Source: a virus. From it: DNA of 20,499 nt. Every line of letters starts with the position of its first letter. The first letter of the stretch is position 1. The stretch lies in UHGV virus genome UHGV-0263856, one strand, 5' to 3'. The position numbers and the translations under genes are program-made. Below are positions 1 to 7,294 of the stretch, in pieces. The notes beneath the pieces were generated by a model. The model ran no database searches. It was not told where the DNA came from and saw only the letters and a program-made list of their open reading frames with translations.

Positions 1-209
1 AACCAGATCACCAGGACGACTACTTGCGCTGATTATCTGCTGCAGCATTTCTGCCGGTTTTTCGCACGGATGTTTCCCGGGATAGTACTGCACCGGTTTA
101 TGCAGTACTATCCCGGGAAACATCCGTGCGAAAAACCGGCAGAAATGCTGCAGCAGATAATCAGCGCAAGTAGTCGTCCTGGTGATCTGGTTGCGGATTT
201 TTTCATGGG
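1..209. repeat. Palindromic duplication of an internal 3'-region fragment of the methyltransferase gene
   Basis: 1-101 is identical to 809-909 (same orientation). 103-209 is the exact reverse complement of 792-898. Arms 1-90 and 103-192 form a perfect inverted repeat around a 12-nt centre (91-102). The left arm is cut by the window start. The + strand ORF 70-285 only re-reads the methyltransferase C-terminal residues and then diverges. Confidence 0.9.
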
Positions 210-337
210 ATCCGCGATTATCCCATATACCTACTCGCTGATTGCCCCTCCGCACAGGGGGATTCACCATGCCAGTTTCTTTTAACAAACTCCCCGCAAA
301 ACAGACAACTGTCAACCGTCTGAATTGTGAGACATTT

Positions 338-363
338 AAAAAAAAGGCCCGCAAAAGCGAGCC
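338..363 (-). terminator. Intrinsic terminator downstream of the tRNA cluster
   Basis: On the - strand RNA: 7-bp stem GGCUCGC/GCGGGCC (one G-U pair), 4-nt loop, then 8 U (A-tract 338-345 on +). Confidence 0.7.
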
Positions 364-377
364 AGGGAAAATAAGTG

Positions 378-454
378 TGGCGCGTTGTACTGGATTCGAA
401 CCAGTGACCGATTGCTTAGAAGGCAATTGCTCTGTCCGGCTGAGCTAACAACGC
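378..454 (-). tRNA. argO: tRNA-Arg (anticodon UCU)
   Basis: Reverse complement reads GCGTTGT-TA-GCTC...GAGC-ATTGC-CTTCTAA-GCAAT...GGTTCGAATCC...ACAACGC-G-CCA. Cloverleaf is complete with a 7-bp acceptor stem and encoded CCA; anticodon loop CUUCUAA. Symbol is by analogy with the 933W-type ileZ-argN-argO cluster (from memory). Confidence 0.85.
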
Positions 455-467
455 AGGGTACAGATAA

Positions 468-544
468 TGGACCGCCATCGAGGACTCGAACCCCGCGCAA
501 CCAGCTTCGAAGGCTGGCGCTCTATCCTGATGAGCTAATGGCGG
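468..544 (-). tRNA. argN: tRNA-Arg (anticodon UCG)
   Basis: Reverse complement gives a cloverleaf with D-stem GCTC/GAGC, anticodon stem CCAGC/GCTGG, loop CUUCGAA, T-loop GGTTCGAGTCC and encoded CCA. The acceptor stem starts with C1-G72, which is unusual, so the exact 5' end is uncertain by 1 nt. Confidence 0.8.
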
Positions 545-551
545 TATGTGA

Positions 552-627
552 TGGTGGCCCTTGCTGGATTTGAACCAGCGACCTGGCGATTATGAGTCGC
601 TCGCTCTCACCACTGAGCTAAAGGGCC
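552..627 (-). tRNA. ileZ: tRNA-Ile2-like (anticodon CAU, lysidine type; Met not formally excluded)
   Basis: Reverse complement GGCCCTT-TA-GCTCAGTGGTGAGAGC-G-AGCGA-CTCATAA-TCGCC...GGTTCAAATCC...AAGGGCC-A-CCA. Near-identical in layout to E. coli tRNA-Ile2 (ileX) as recalled. Confidence 0.85.
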
Positions 628-676
628 GCGCGCAGAATAATAACGTTACGGAATTAATACTGCAATCTCATCCGTT

Positions 677-1726
677 TCAAACGATTAAATCCTGAACTTC
701 CCTGACTGTCTGCTCAAAACGTCCGGTCTCCAGCTCAACACCAATCGCACGACGCCCCAGTGCCATCGCCGCTTTTACCGTTGAACCCGACCCCATGAAA
801 AAATCCGCAACCAGATCACCAGGACGACTACTTGCGCTGATTATCTGCTGCAGCATTTCTGCCGGTTTTTCGCACGGATGTTTCCCGGGATAGTACTGCA
901 CCGGTTTATACGTCCACACATCGGTGTACGGCACCTGCACCGTCACACCGAAATACCGCCGCAAATTTTTATATTCACTCAGCAGTTCCATATACTGCCG
1001 GTTCAGCTCACTGTATGTGCTGACCAGCTGGTGGTGTGGCTTTTCCAGTTCCCCGCGCTGATGTTTCTCTTCTGCCACCCGGGCAAACAGCGACTGTAAT
1101 TTCAGATAATCGCTTTCGTTCGGTAGCTGCCACTGACTGGCACTGAACCAGTGCGGCACCATGTTTTTCTTTCCTGTGGCATCTGCAATCTGTTTTGCCG
1201 TTATCCCCAGGGCAGCGCGCGCATCACGAAAGTAAGCAATCAGCGGGGCCATCACATGCTGTTTCAGTGCCCTGCCCTTCGCCTCATACCCGGCATCTTT
1301 CGGACGATACGGCCCCTGATAATGTTCCGCGAACAGAATGCGCTCTGTGGCGGGGAAATACGCCCGCAGGCTTTCCTTGTTGCATCCGTTCCAGCGTCCG
1401 GACGGCTTCGCCCAGATAATATGGTTCAGCACACTGAAGCGTTCACGCATCATGATTTCGATATCAGATGCCAGGCGATGACCACAGAACAGGTAAAGAC
1501 TTCCGGCAGGTTTCAGCACCCGCCAGAACTGCGCCAGACACTGGTCCAGCCACTTCAGGTAATCATCGTCGCCCTTCCACTGGTTATCCCAGCCCTCAGG
1601 CTTCACTTTAAAGTACGGCGGGTCCGTAACTATCAGGTCAACAGAATTTTCGGGTAACGACCGGATAAATTCCAGGCAGTCGGCGTTGATTAACTCACAA
1701 CTGGATATTTTTACAGTATTAAGCAT
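677..1726 (-). CDS. DNA N6-adenine methyltransferase (beta-class, DPPY motif IV before FxGxG motif I)
   Basis: 349-aa ORF. N-terminal DLIVTDPPYF (motif IV) and C-terminal DFFMGSGST (motif I), the order typical of PF01555-type N6A/N4C MTases. No adjacent restriction gene, so it looks like an orphan phage MTase. Confidence 0.85.
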   Translation of the reverse strand: MLNTVKISSCELINADCLEFIRSLPENSVDLIVTDPPYFKVKPEGWDNQWKGDDDYLKWLDQCLAQFWRVLKPAGSLYLFCGHRLASDIEIMMRERFSVLNHIIWAKPSGRWNGCNKESLRAYFPATERILFAEHYQGPYRPKDAGYEAKGRALKQHVMAPLIAYFRDARAALGITAKQIADATGKKNMVPHWFSASQWQLPNESDYLKLQSLFARVAEEKHQRGELEKPHHQLVSTYSELNRQYMELLSEYKNLRRYFGVTVQVPYTDVWTYKPVQYYPGKHPCEKPAEMLQQIISASSRPGDLVADFFMGSGSTVKAAMALGRRAIGVELETGRFEQTVREVQDLIV

Positions 1727-1860
1727 GGATCATTAAGCCTGTCTCTGATAGGCTCATTCTGCTTTTGCGCAAAGCAGTGGGCCTGAGGTTTGCTTGTGAA
1801 CCCAACGCATGAGCAGATGGCTGGCAGGTGCCGCTAACACCCACCAGCCGCCCATTACCA

Positions 1861-1889
1861 CAAATAAAAAAGCCTTCACTGAGGAAGGC
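1861..1889 (-). terminator. Intrinsic terminator at the end of the small winged-helix ORF
   Basis: - strand RNA: GCCUUC / loop CUCAGU / GAAGGC followed by UUUUUUAUUUG. The stem overlaps the last codons of ORF 1876-2073. Confidence 0.65.
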
Positions 1890-2073
1890 GTCTGTAACAA
1901 CCGAACTGATAATCTGCCAGACCCGCCATAACAAGCTGGGTCAGTATTAACTGGCAACGTTCGCGTGAAAGGTAAGTATTATGCGCAATTTCCCCGACGG
2001 TCGCCGGTTCGGTGACGCTTAATTCATTAAACACCACTCTGGCAGTTTCGGTCATATCCTGCTGTTTTAGCAT
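1876..2073 (-). CDS. Small winged-helix DNA-binding protein (PapI/FaeA-like fold suspected)
   Basis: 65 aa with a TVGEIAHNTYLSRERCQLILTQLVMAGL helix-turn-helix-like segment. Purine-rich stretch before the ATG; bracketed by terminators on both sides, so it is a stand-alone unit. Confidence 0.45.
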   Translation of the reverse strand: MLKQQDMTETARVVFNELSVTEPATVGEIAHNTYLSRERCQLILTQLVMAGLADYQFGCYRRLPQ

Positions 2074-2191
2074 GCCTTTTCCCTTTTCTGGTTAACGTGA
2101 CATACCAATAACTCTTGTCGAAAAAGCCAGCAAGCTGAAAGACCGATATTAATAACTACCAGCGCGTTTAATGTACCGCACTTCGGGCATC

Positions 2192-2216
2192 AAAAAACCC
2201 GCTCAATGGCGGGTTT
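2192..2216 (-). terminator. Intrinsic terminator after the membrane-protein cassette
   Basis: Stem CCCGC/GCGGG (extendable to 7 bp) with a 6-nt loop, A6 on one side and T3 on the other; on the - strand RNA the hairpin is followed by UUUUUU. Sits 20 nt after the stop of 2236-3033. Confidence 0.7.
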
Positions 2217-2235
2217 AATTAATGAGGTAACAACC

Positions 2236-3033
2236 TTAACTTGTTTGATTCTGTACTTCAGTGGCCTTCTTCCCTTCAATACCTGCCTTGAAAGTCTCGA
2301 ATGTTTCAACATTAAACAGCGAAAAAGATTCGATCTGATCGAAGGGCAACACATGCCTAAACTGATAAACTGACAATGGCTCAGAAGTTAATGTGATACC
2401 CTGACTAAGGTAGTAGTCCACATAATTATGCTCAACACAAAAAGTCAGAGTATCTTTATCTCTGTACCCGGACATAAAAGGGATTAGCACCAATGTGTTA
2501 GTATCTAACTGATTGAAACGTGCCTCATCAATCATCCCCACATAGACCTTGCGAGACTTCAGTGTAACCAACAATAACAATCCACGCTCAACTGATTCAA
2601 GAAGGATATTTTCCACGGCACTATGAGCCGCAATTTCTTCAAAAATAGCCTTGCGCTTTTGTGGGTCTTTATGGTTTTTGGTTGCCTCTGATGCCTTCCC
2701 GATACTTACAATAATAGTGAAAGCTATCGACATAGCAGGGAACATGCTCAACCCAAACACTTGCATTTTGAGAAAGTCATGGGCGAAAGTAAAGGGAGCG
2801 TACCAACCAAACAAGTACGCTGGAATGTTCCAAAGTGACATTCCAGCGTACAGAACAACAACCAATAAGGCAGCGATAAGAATACCACTTATGAGAAACT
2901 CACCACCTTTCAGTGCAACATCAAAGTATGCATTCCAACCGATCGCTTTGCTTTGACGGTATCGTGACGGCAAATGGCAGTTGGTATAGTGATAACCACA
3001 AACTAAAACAATAACAATCAGCGCAGCCCACAT
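2236..3033 (-). CDS. Uncharacterised membrane protein (3 predicted N-terminal TM helices plus ~150-aa soluble C-terminal domain)
   Basis: 265-aa ORF. Hydrophobic segments WAALIVIVLVCGY, FLISGILIAALLVVVLYAGM, VFGLSMFPAMSIAFTIIVSIG. AT-rich by eye relative to the replication genes. No motif I recognise. Confidence 0.7.
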   Translation of the reverse strand: MWAALIVIVLVCGYHYTNCHLPSRYRQSKAIGWNAYFDVALKGGEFLISGILIAALLVVVLYAGMSLWNIPAYLFGWYAPFTFAHDFLKMQVFGLSMFPAMSIAFTIIVSIGKASEATKNHKDPQKRKAIFEEIAAHSAVENILLESVERGLLLLVTLKSRKVYVGMIDEARFNQLDTNTLVLIPFMSGYRDKDTLTFCVEHNYVDYYLSQGITLTSEPLSVYQFRHVLPFDQIESFSLFNVETFETFKAGIEGKKATEVQNQTS

Positions 3034-3039
3034 AGAAGA

Positions 3040-3267
3040 CTAACCCTTCTTCTTAGTACTCAATCCCTTAATATTGGCTGCGAAAGCCTTTTGCACATCA
3101 GCGTTGTTGCGATTCAAAACCATCGAACCATTACTATCAATGAAAAACTTGTCACTTTCATGCTTAGCTTCTTTTCCATCACACATGGAAGCTATATCTG
3201 CAATTTTTTTGATGATCTTCTCAGGTGAGAGGATCGCGCGAGCGGCAAGTGTTAGATATTTCGGCAT
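3040..3267 (-). CDS. Small hypothetical protein, first gene of the Q-proximal cassette
   Basis: GGAGG 6-7 nt upstream of the ATG at 3267 (MPKYLTLAARAIL...). The ORF track extends it to 3324 but that start lacks an SD. Stop is 7 nt before the start of 2236-3033. Confidence 0.55.
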   Translation of the reverse strand: MPKYLTLAARAILSPEKIIKKIADIASMCDGKEAKHESDKFFIDSNGSMVLNRNNADVQKAFAANIKGLSTKKKG

Positions 3268-3446
3268 GCTCCCCTCCGTTAACAGATAAAACACAAAAAG
3301 CACACAAACAAAGTATGCGCACATCCTAACCTATGTGGCTAACAACCACTTTCTTTTATAAGATGAGTGTATTACCTAAAGGGTAACTCGGCAATAGCAG
3401 AATAGTTTTAGCAAGGTAAAATCGATGGTCTTTCGCTCAACTTACG

Positions 3447-3475
3447 ACAAAAGATAGCCCGCTCAGCAGCAGGCT
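3447..3475 (-). terminator. Candidate tR'-like intrinsic terminator downstream of Q
   Basis: - strand RNA: AGCCUGC / UGCUGA / GCGGGCU (one G-U) followed by AUCUUUUG, about 65 nt after the Q stop. The PR' promoter itself could not be pinned down. Confidence 0.35.
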
Positions 3476-3539
3476 TTGTTTAGTTTGCCATCGTGTACAA
3501 AATCAGCAAAATATCAGATTTACACGAAATGTACGCGAT

Positions 3540-4235
3540 TTAATTGACTTTTGCAATAACCCGCCGCGAAAAGGTCGCTTTTTGTTGCGATCTTGTTTTC
3601 ATGGTATAAATCAAAGATTCGTTGTCGAGGTTCTTAAAAATGTCGCACATATCACGCCAGTAGTGCGCATAATTGTGGCTCCAGTTGTCTGACTTAACTC
3701 CACACAGTCTGGCAAGTTCCTGTCGCTGGTAGACGTCACACCCAGTAATCCTCCCCCTGACATCCTGCGCCGCCAGCCAGATTAATTTCTTCAGACGCTC
3801 AAGCGTTTTCCCTGTAATTTTTCTGGTGCCAAAATGCACCTGAAACTTATCCCACGCCCATTTCGCAATGACCACCTGATAATCCCAACTCGGATTTTCA
3901 CTGTATACCCACAGTACCCACGCCTTCTGATGCTCTTCAAGAGACAGAACGGCGCGTCGCCATGATGATGTCGAAAACTCAACCGGACTGACTAGGGCAA
4001 TTGATGAACCTTTCGCCAGCGATTGCTTTCCCGGGATCGGTGGATTATCCAGCGTTACCATTTTTCCAGTGACCTTATCGCGGTACCGGATTTTTTTACG
4101 TCTGTAACGCCCTGTATCAAACATGGCATTCTCCTGCCAGGCTTCAAGCTGACCTTTTGTTGCCCCACTCAAATCGGCGGTGGCGATAATGAGTTGCTCA
4201 CGAACAAACTGTAAATACTGGTTATTCATGCGCAC
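3540..4235 (-). CDS. Late-gene antiterminator Q-like protein
   Basis: 231 aa. Last gene of the early-right operon, immediately after rusA and before the terminator-rich late-region entry, as in lambdoid phages. Assignment rests mainly on position and size. Confidence 0.55.
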   Translation of the reverse strand: MRMNNQYLQFVREQLIIATADLSGATKGQLEAWQENAMFDTGRYRRKKIRYRDKVTGKMVTLDNPPIPGKQSLAKGSSIALVSPVEFSTSSWRRAVLSLEEHQKAWVLWVYSENPSWDYQVVIAKWAWDKFQVHFGTRKITGKTLERLKKLIWLAAQDVRGRITGCDVYQRQELARLCGVKSDNWSHNYAHYWRDMCDIFKNLDNESLIYTMKTRSQQKATFSRRVIAKVN

Positions 4236-4585
4236 TCCAGCTCTGTGATTTTTATCCCCAACCGACCACCAGGAACAGGCAGTCCGCGCACAATATTGAT
4301 TTCATCAAACTGCTCGTCGTCGATAAGCAACCCCGCATGTGTCAGTGCATCCAGTGGTGCTTTCAGAATATTGTCCAGGTCACGACGGCGCTTATCCGGT
4401 GGCTCTGCAATCACCTTTATCGCCAGCCTTCCGGACAGGCTTAATTTCAGCCGCTGCTGGCGAACAATAAGCGCCACTGCCCGGCGATAACGCTCCCCGG
4501 CTTTTGATACAAAATATGTGCTGCCACGGCGTCGCCAGTAAGTGTTCACCGTCGGCGGGTAAGGTAAAACCAAATCTATGAGCAT
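4226..4585 (-). CDS. rusA: RusA Holliday-junction resolvase
   Basis: 119 aa. LPYPPTVNTYWR...DKRRRDLDNILKAPLDAL...GGRL matches the RusA pattern including the catalytic DxRRRDLDN region. Confidence 0.85.
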   Translation of the reverse strand: MLIDLVLPYPPTVNTYWRRRGSTYFVSKAGERYRRAVALIVRQQRLKLSLSGRLAIKVIAEPPDKRRRDLDNILKAPLDALTHAGLLIDDEQFDEINIVRGLPVPGGRLGIKITELECA

Positions 4586-4597
4586 CAGTCACCTCTT

Positions 4598-5593
4598 TTA
4601 CCCAAGCACGCCAGTTGCAAAGGCGTGATCAAGAAAACGAAAAATTAAATCAACCTGAGAACCATGCTTTTCTTCGAACGCCAGAGGATCCGCATGAAGC
4701 TCGTTGTGATGCTCCCGACACAGCGGTAGCGTGAAAATATCGTGAGATTTTGTCCCCATTCCGCCCTGACCATGACCAATCAGGTGATGGGGATCGTCGG
4801 CTGGCTTACCACAACATGCACACGGCTGCGTCTTAACCCAGCGCGTGTACTTTTCATTAACCCAGCGACGACGTTTTGGGCGTAACATAAAAGACTCCGG
4901 CGACTCCGGATCCACTTTCAGCGCCAGCACCTTTTTCGCCTTATCCTGGATGATGCTGGTGGCAGTAACCGAAGGCACAAGGTCACTTTCCCGGGTGACA
5001 GACGGCACAACAGGCTTCGGTAATCTCAGTGCCTTACGGGCTGCACTTTCCGGTAAGGCATCCGCCAGGTCATTACGAATCAGCCACCAGCACAGTTCCG
5101 GCATTGTCACAACGTGACTGTCATCAAAACCAAGATCACGGCGCACAACAGACAACACCCAGCGGGCACAGTTATCCGTTGCCATTGCTTCCAGCCGTTC
5201 CGTGAACTGGTCACGGAGAAGATTGTCACAGTGCCAGCACAGACGGATTGCGCCTGGCGCGTGCCGCATTGTGGTCATGTTCTCGCTGTGCCAGTCGGAA
5301 TGAGGCCACTGACAGCCTTTTTCACGAAGTAACCAGCTCTCAAGGCATTCCACGCCACCAGCACGACGGATCACCGCCTCATGGCGGAACACGGCCCGAA
5401 CGGCAGGATCATCCGCCAGCGGTTGTGATGCTGCCGGAACGGCACCGCTGGCGAAAGATGAATAACGTTCCGGCTCAGGCTCCAGCAGGACACGCCCCTG
5501 CATAAACAGGGGCATCAGCTCTGAACCGGGCCTGAACAATACAATCCCCATACGCGGGGCAATTTCAGGGGTCAGCAGTGCTCTCACGGTCAC
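4598..5593 (-). CDS. DUF968/YdfU-NinG-like protein with C-terminal Cys/His (HNH-like) motif
   Basis: 331 aa. C-terminal CACCGKP...HHLIGHGQGG...CREHHNELH. Sits in the nin-region position between the replication genes and rusA. Confidence 0.45.
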   Translation of the reverse strand: MTVRALLTPEIAPRMGIVLFRPGSELMPLFMQGRVLLEPEPERYSSFASGAVPAASQPLADDPAVRAVFRHEAVIRRAGGVECLESWLLREKGCQWPHSDWHSENMTTMRHAPGAIRLCWHCDNLLRDQFTERLEAMATDNCARWVLSVVRRDLGFDDSHVVTMPELCWWLIRNDLADALPESAARKALRLPKPVVPSVTRESDLVPSVTATSIIQDKAKKVLALKVDPESPESFMLRPKRRRWVNEKYTRWVKTQPCACCGKPADDPHHLIGHGQGGMGTKSHDIFTLPLCREHHNELHADPLAFEEKHGSQVDLIFRFLDHAFATGVLG

Positions 5594-5639
5594 CTCAGCG
5601 AACGGTATTGCATGAACGCAGGAGAAAAAAATTCAGCCA

Positions 5640-5897
5640 TCACGCAGTAAACTCCTTCACCAGCGTTTCAAACTGGCTTACCTGTCCTTCCAGTTCCGCC
5701 ACGCAATCCACCAGCTCATCCACCGCCTTTTGTGTGCGGTGTTTTGCCTGCAGCAGATCACGAAGCGCCGGAGTAAGCTGCTTGCGGAGCGTATCTTTTT
5801 TCACGCTCGTTTTTTTCATCTGTTCAGCACAACGAAGCATCTCCTGCGCCTGCCGACGAAGTTGTTCCGGTGAAACAGTGATTGTTCTGTTGTTCAA
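5640..5897 (-). CDS. Hypothetical nin-region protein
   Basis: 85-aa ORF whose start overlaps the DnaB-like stop by 4 nt. Charged, helical-looking sequence. Confidence 0.5.
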   Translation of the reverse strand: MNNRTITVSPEQLRRQAQEMLRCAEQMKKTSVKKDTLRKQLTPALRDLLQAKHRTQKAVDELVDCVAELEGQVSQFETLVKEFTA

Positions 5898-7294
5898 AAT
5901 AAACGCTCCGTTTTACTGCCCGACATGCGGTTATTGCTGTATCTGCGCGGATTGCCCGGCGTCATGGGTGTGGAAAGAACCCGGGCACTCTCCTGGTCCA
6001 CAGGCAGAAAATGTCCGTTATGAAAACGCCGGTAAATGGTCCCGAGCGTGCCATTACGCTGTTTCGTGATGTTGATTTCTGCTATGCCTCTGGCCTGAGT
6101 TTCCGGGTTGTATACCTCATCCCTGTAAAGCATCAGAATGATGTCGGCATCCGCCTCGATTTCCCCGGAGTTTTTCAGGTCCGAGTTCATTGGGCGTTTA
6201 TTGGGTCTGGATTCCACGCCGCGGGAGAGCTGGCTCAGAGCAATCAGCGGAAAACCGCCGGATTTTGCCAGGCTTTTAAGTCCCTTTGAGATTTCCCCCA
6301 CCGCAAGGTCGTGACGCCCCGTGCTGCGGGTTTTAATCAGGCCGAGGTAATCGACCACCACCAGCGCCGTTTCCGGGTGTTTCATCCGGTGGTGCTTCGT
6401 GGTTGCACATATCTCATCAATGGTCAGGTTTGCCTGGTCCACCATCCAGATATTACGCCCCGTCATTCGTCCCACGCCCTGCGAGAAACGCGCCCAGTCT
6501 TCATCTTCAAAACGGGCAACAGACTTAAGACGGGATACCGGCATTCCACCGGCAGCAGACACCATACGTTCACCAATCTGGATGTTCGCCATCTCCATGG
6601 TGAACAGAAGCACGCCATGCCCCTGCTCAGTCACCTTGTCGATGATGTCCAGCGCAAGTTCGGTTTTCCCCATCGAAGGACGGGCGGCAATGAATACCAG
6701 GTCTCCGGGCTCCATACCGCCCGTTTTTGCGTCCAGTTCATCAATACCGGTCATCAGCGCCCTGGATTTCTCCAGTCCCTGATTGCGGCATTCAACACGG
6801 TCGACCACTTCCGGAAGGACATCATCAATGTGAACCGGCTGAATGACGCCCTTTCCGGTCGACAGTGAGGCCATCATGTTCTGCACATCCTTCAGGGCAT
6901 CCTCGGCTGCTTCACAGGTATACGCATCACGTAAATTCTGTAATGCTTCAGTCAGTGTTTTTTCTGCATCGCGCAGTGCGGCATTGCGCCGCAACGCTGC
7001 GACATAGTGCTCCAGTGAAGACTTCACCCAGGTTTTGCGTCCGGTGTCGGTAATCACCGGGGCAAGTTCCGGCATCTCATTGCACAGCAGTACGGGGTCA
7101 ATGACGCCGGATATGCGAGCCTGTCTGCAAATCCCCGCGTAAATATCCCGGTACTGACGCACAAAAAATACATCCGCCGGAAGTGTGGCCAGAATATCCA
7201 TCACTTCCGGATCGGCCCCACGCAGAAAAAACGCACCGATGACAGCGCCTTCCAGGTCATCGTTACGCCATGCCGGGGTGTTCTGGCTGGTCAT
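5894..7294 (-). CDS. Replicative DNA helicase, DnaB family
   Basis: 466 aa. Walker A ARPSMGKT, then EDEDWARF, IDYLGL, ALSQLSRGVESRPNKRPMNSDL, ADIILMLYRDEVY: collinear with E. coli DnaB motifs. Confidence 0.9.
   Translation of the reverse strand: MTSQNTPAWRNDDLEGAVIGAFFLRGADPEVMDILATLPADVFFVRQYRDIYAGICRQARISGVIDPVLLCNEMPELAPVITDTGRKTWVKSSLEHYVAALRRNAALRDAEKTLTEALQNLRDAYTCEAAEDALKDVQNMMASLSTGKGVIQPVHIDDVLPEVVDRVECRNQGLEKSRALMTGIDELDAKTGGMEPGDLVFIAARPSMGKTELALDIIDKVTEQGHGVLLFTMEMANIQIGERMVSAAGGMPVSRLKSVARFEDEDWARFSQGVGRMTGRNIWMVDQANLTIDEICATTKHHRMKHPETALVVVDYLGLIKTRSTGRHDLAVGEISKGLKSLAKSGGFPLIALSQLSRGVESRPNKRPMNSDLKNSGEIEADADIILMLYRDEVYNPETQARGIAEINITKQRNGTLGTIYRRFHNGHFLPVDQESARVLSTPMTPGNPRRYSNNRMSGSKTERLF

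Noticed and set aside
216-221. GGATCC (BamHI) exactly at the end of the inverted methyltransferase fragment, as a sign of an engineered junction
   Set aside because: GGATCC also occurs elsewhere in the window (4685-4690, 11628-11633), so one site at a breakpoint is not evidence of cloning.
70-285. + strand ORF 70-285 as a gene
   Set aside because: It is simply the inverted copy of the methyltransferase 3' fragment read in sense and then diverging; there is no start context. Treated as part of the palindrome.
1-377. Shiga toxin genes downstream of the tRNA cluster
   Set aside because: No ORF on either strand resembles StxA or StxB (no signal-peptide-bearing ~320-aa or ~90-aa ORF pair).
242-573. 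+ strand ORFs 242-448 and 385-573
   Set aside because: They run straight through the three - strand tRNA genes and the terminator; they are artefacts of the open frame.
878-1657. + strand ORFs 878-1099, 1151-1657, 1195-1419
   Set aside because: Antisense to the well-supported methyltransferase CDS.
1719-1957. - strand ORFs 1719-1934 and 1754-1957 (one with a hydrophobic stretch)
   Set aside because: They span the intrinsic terminator hairpin at 1861-1889 and the methyltransferase promoter region, in frames different from the better-supported 1876-2073 ORF, with no SD.
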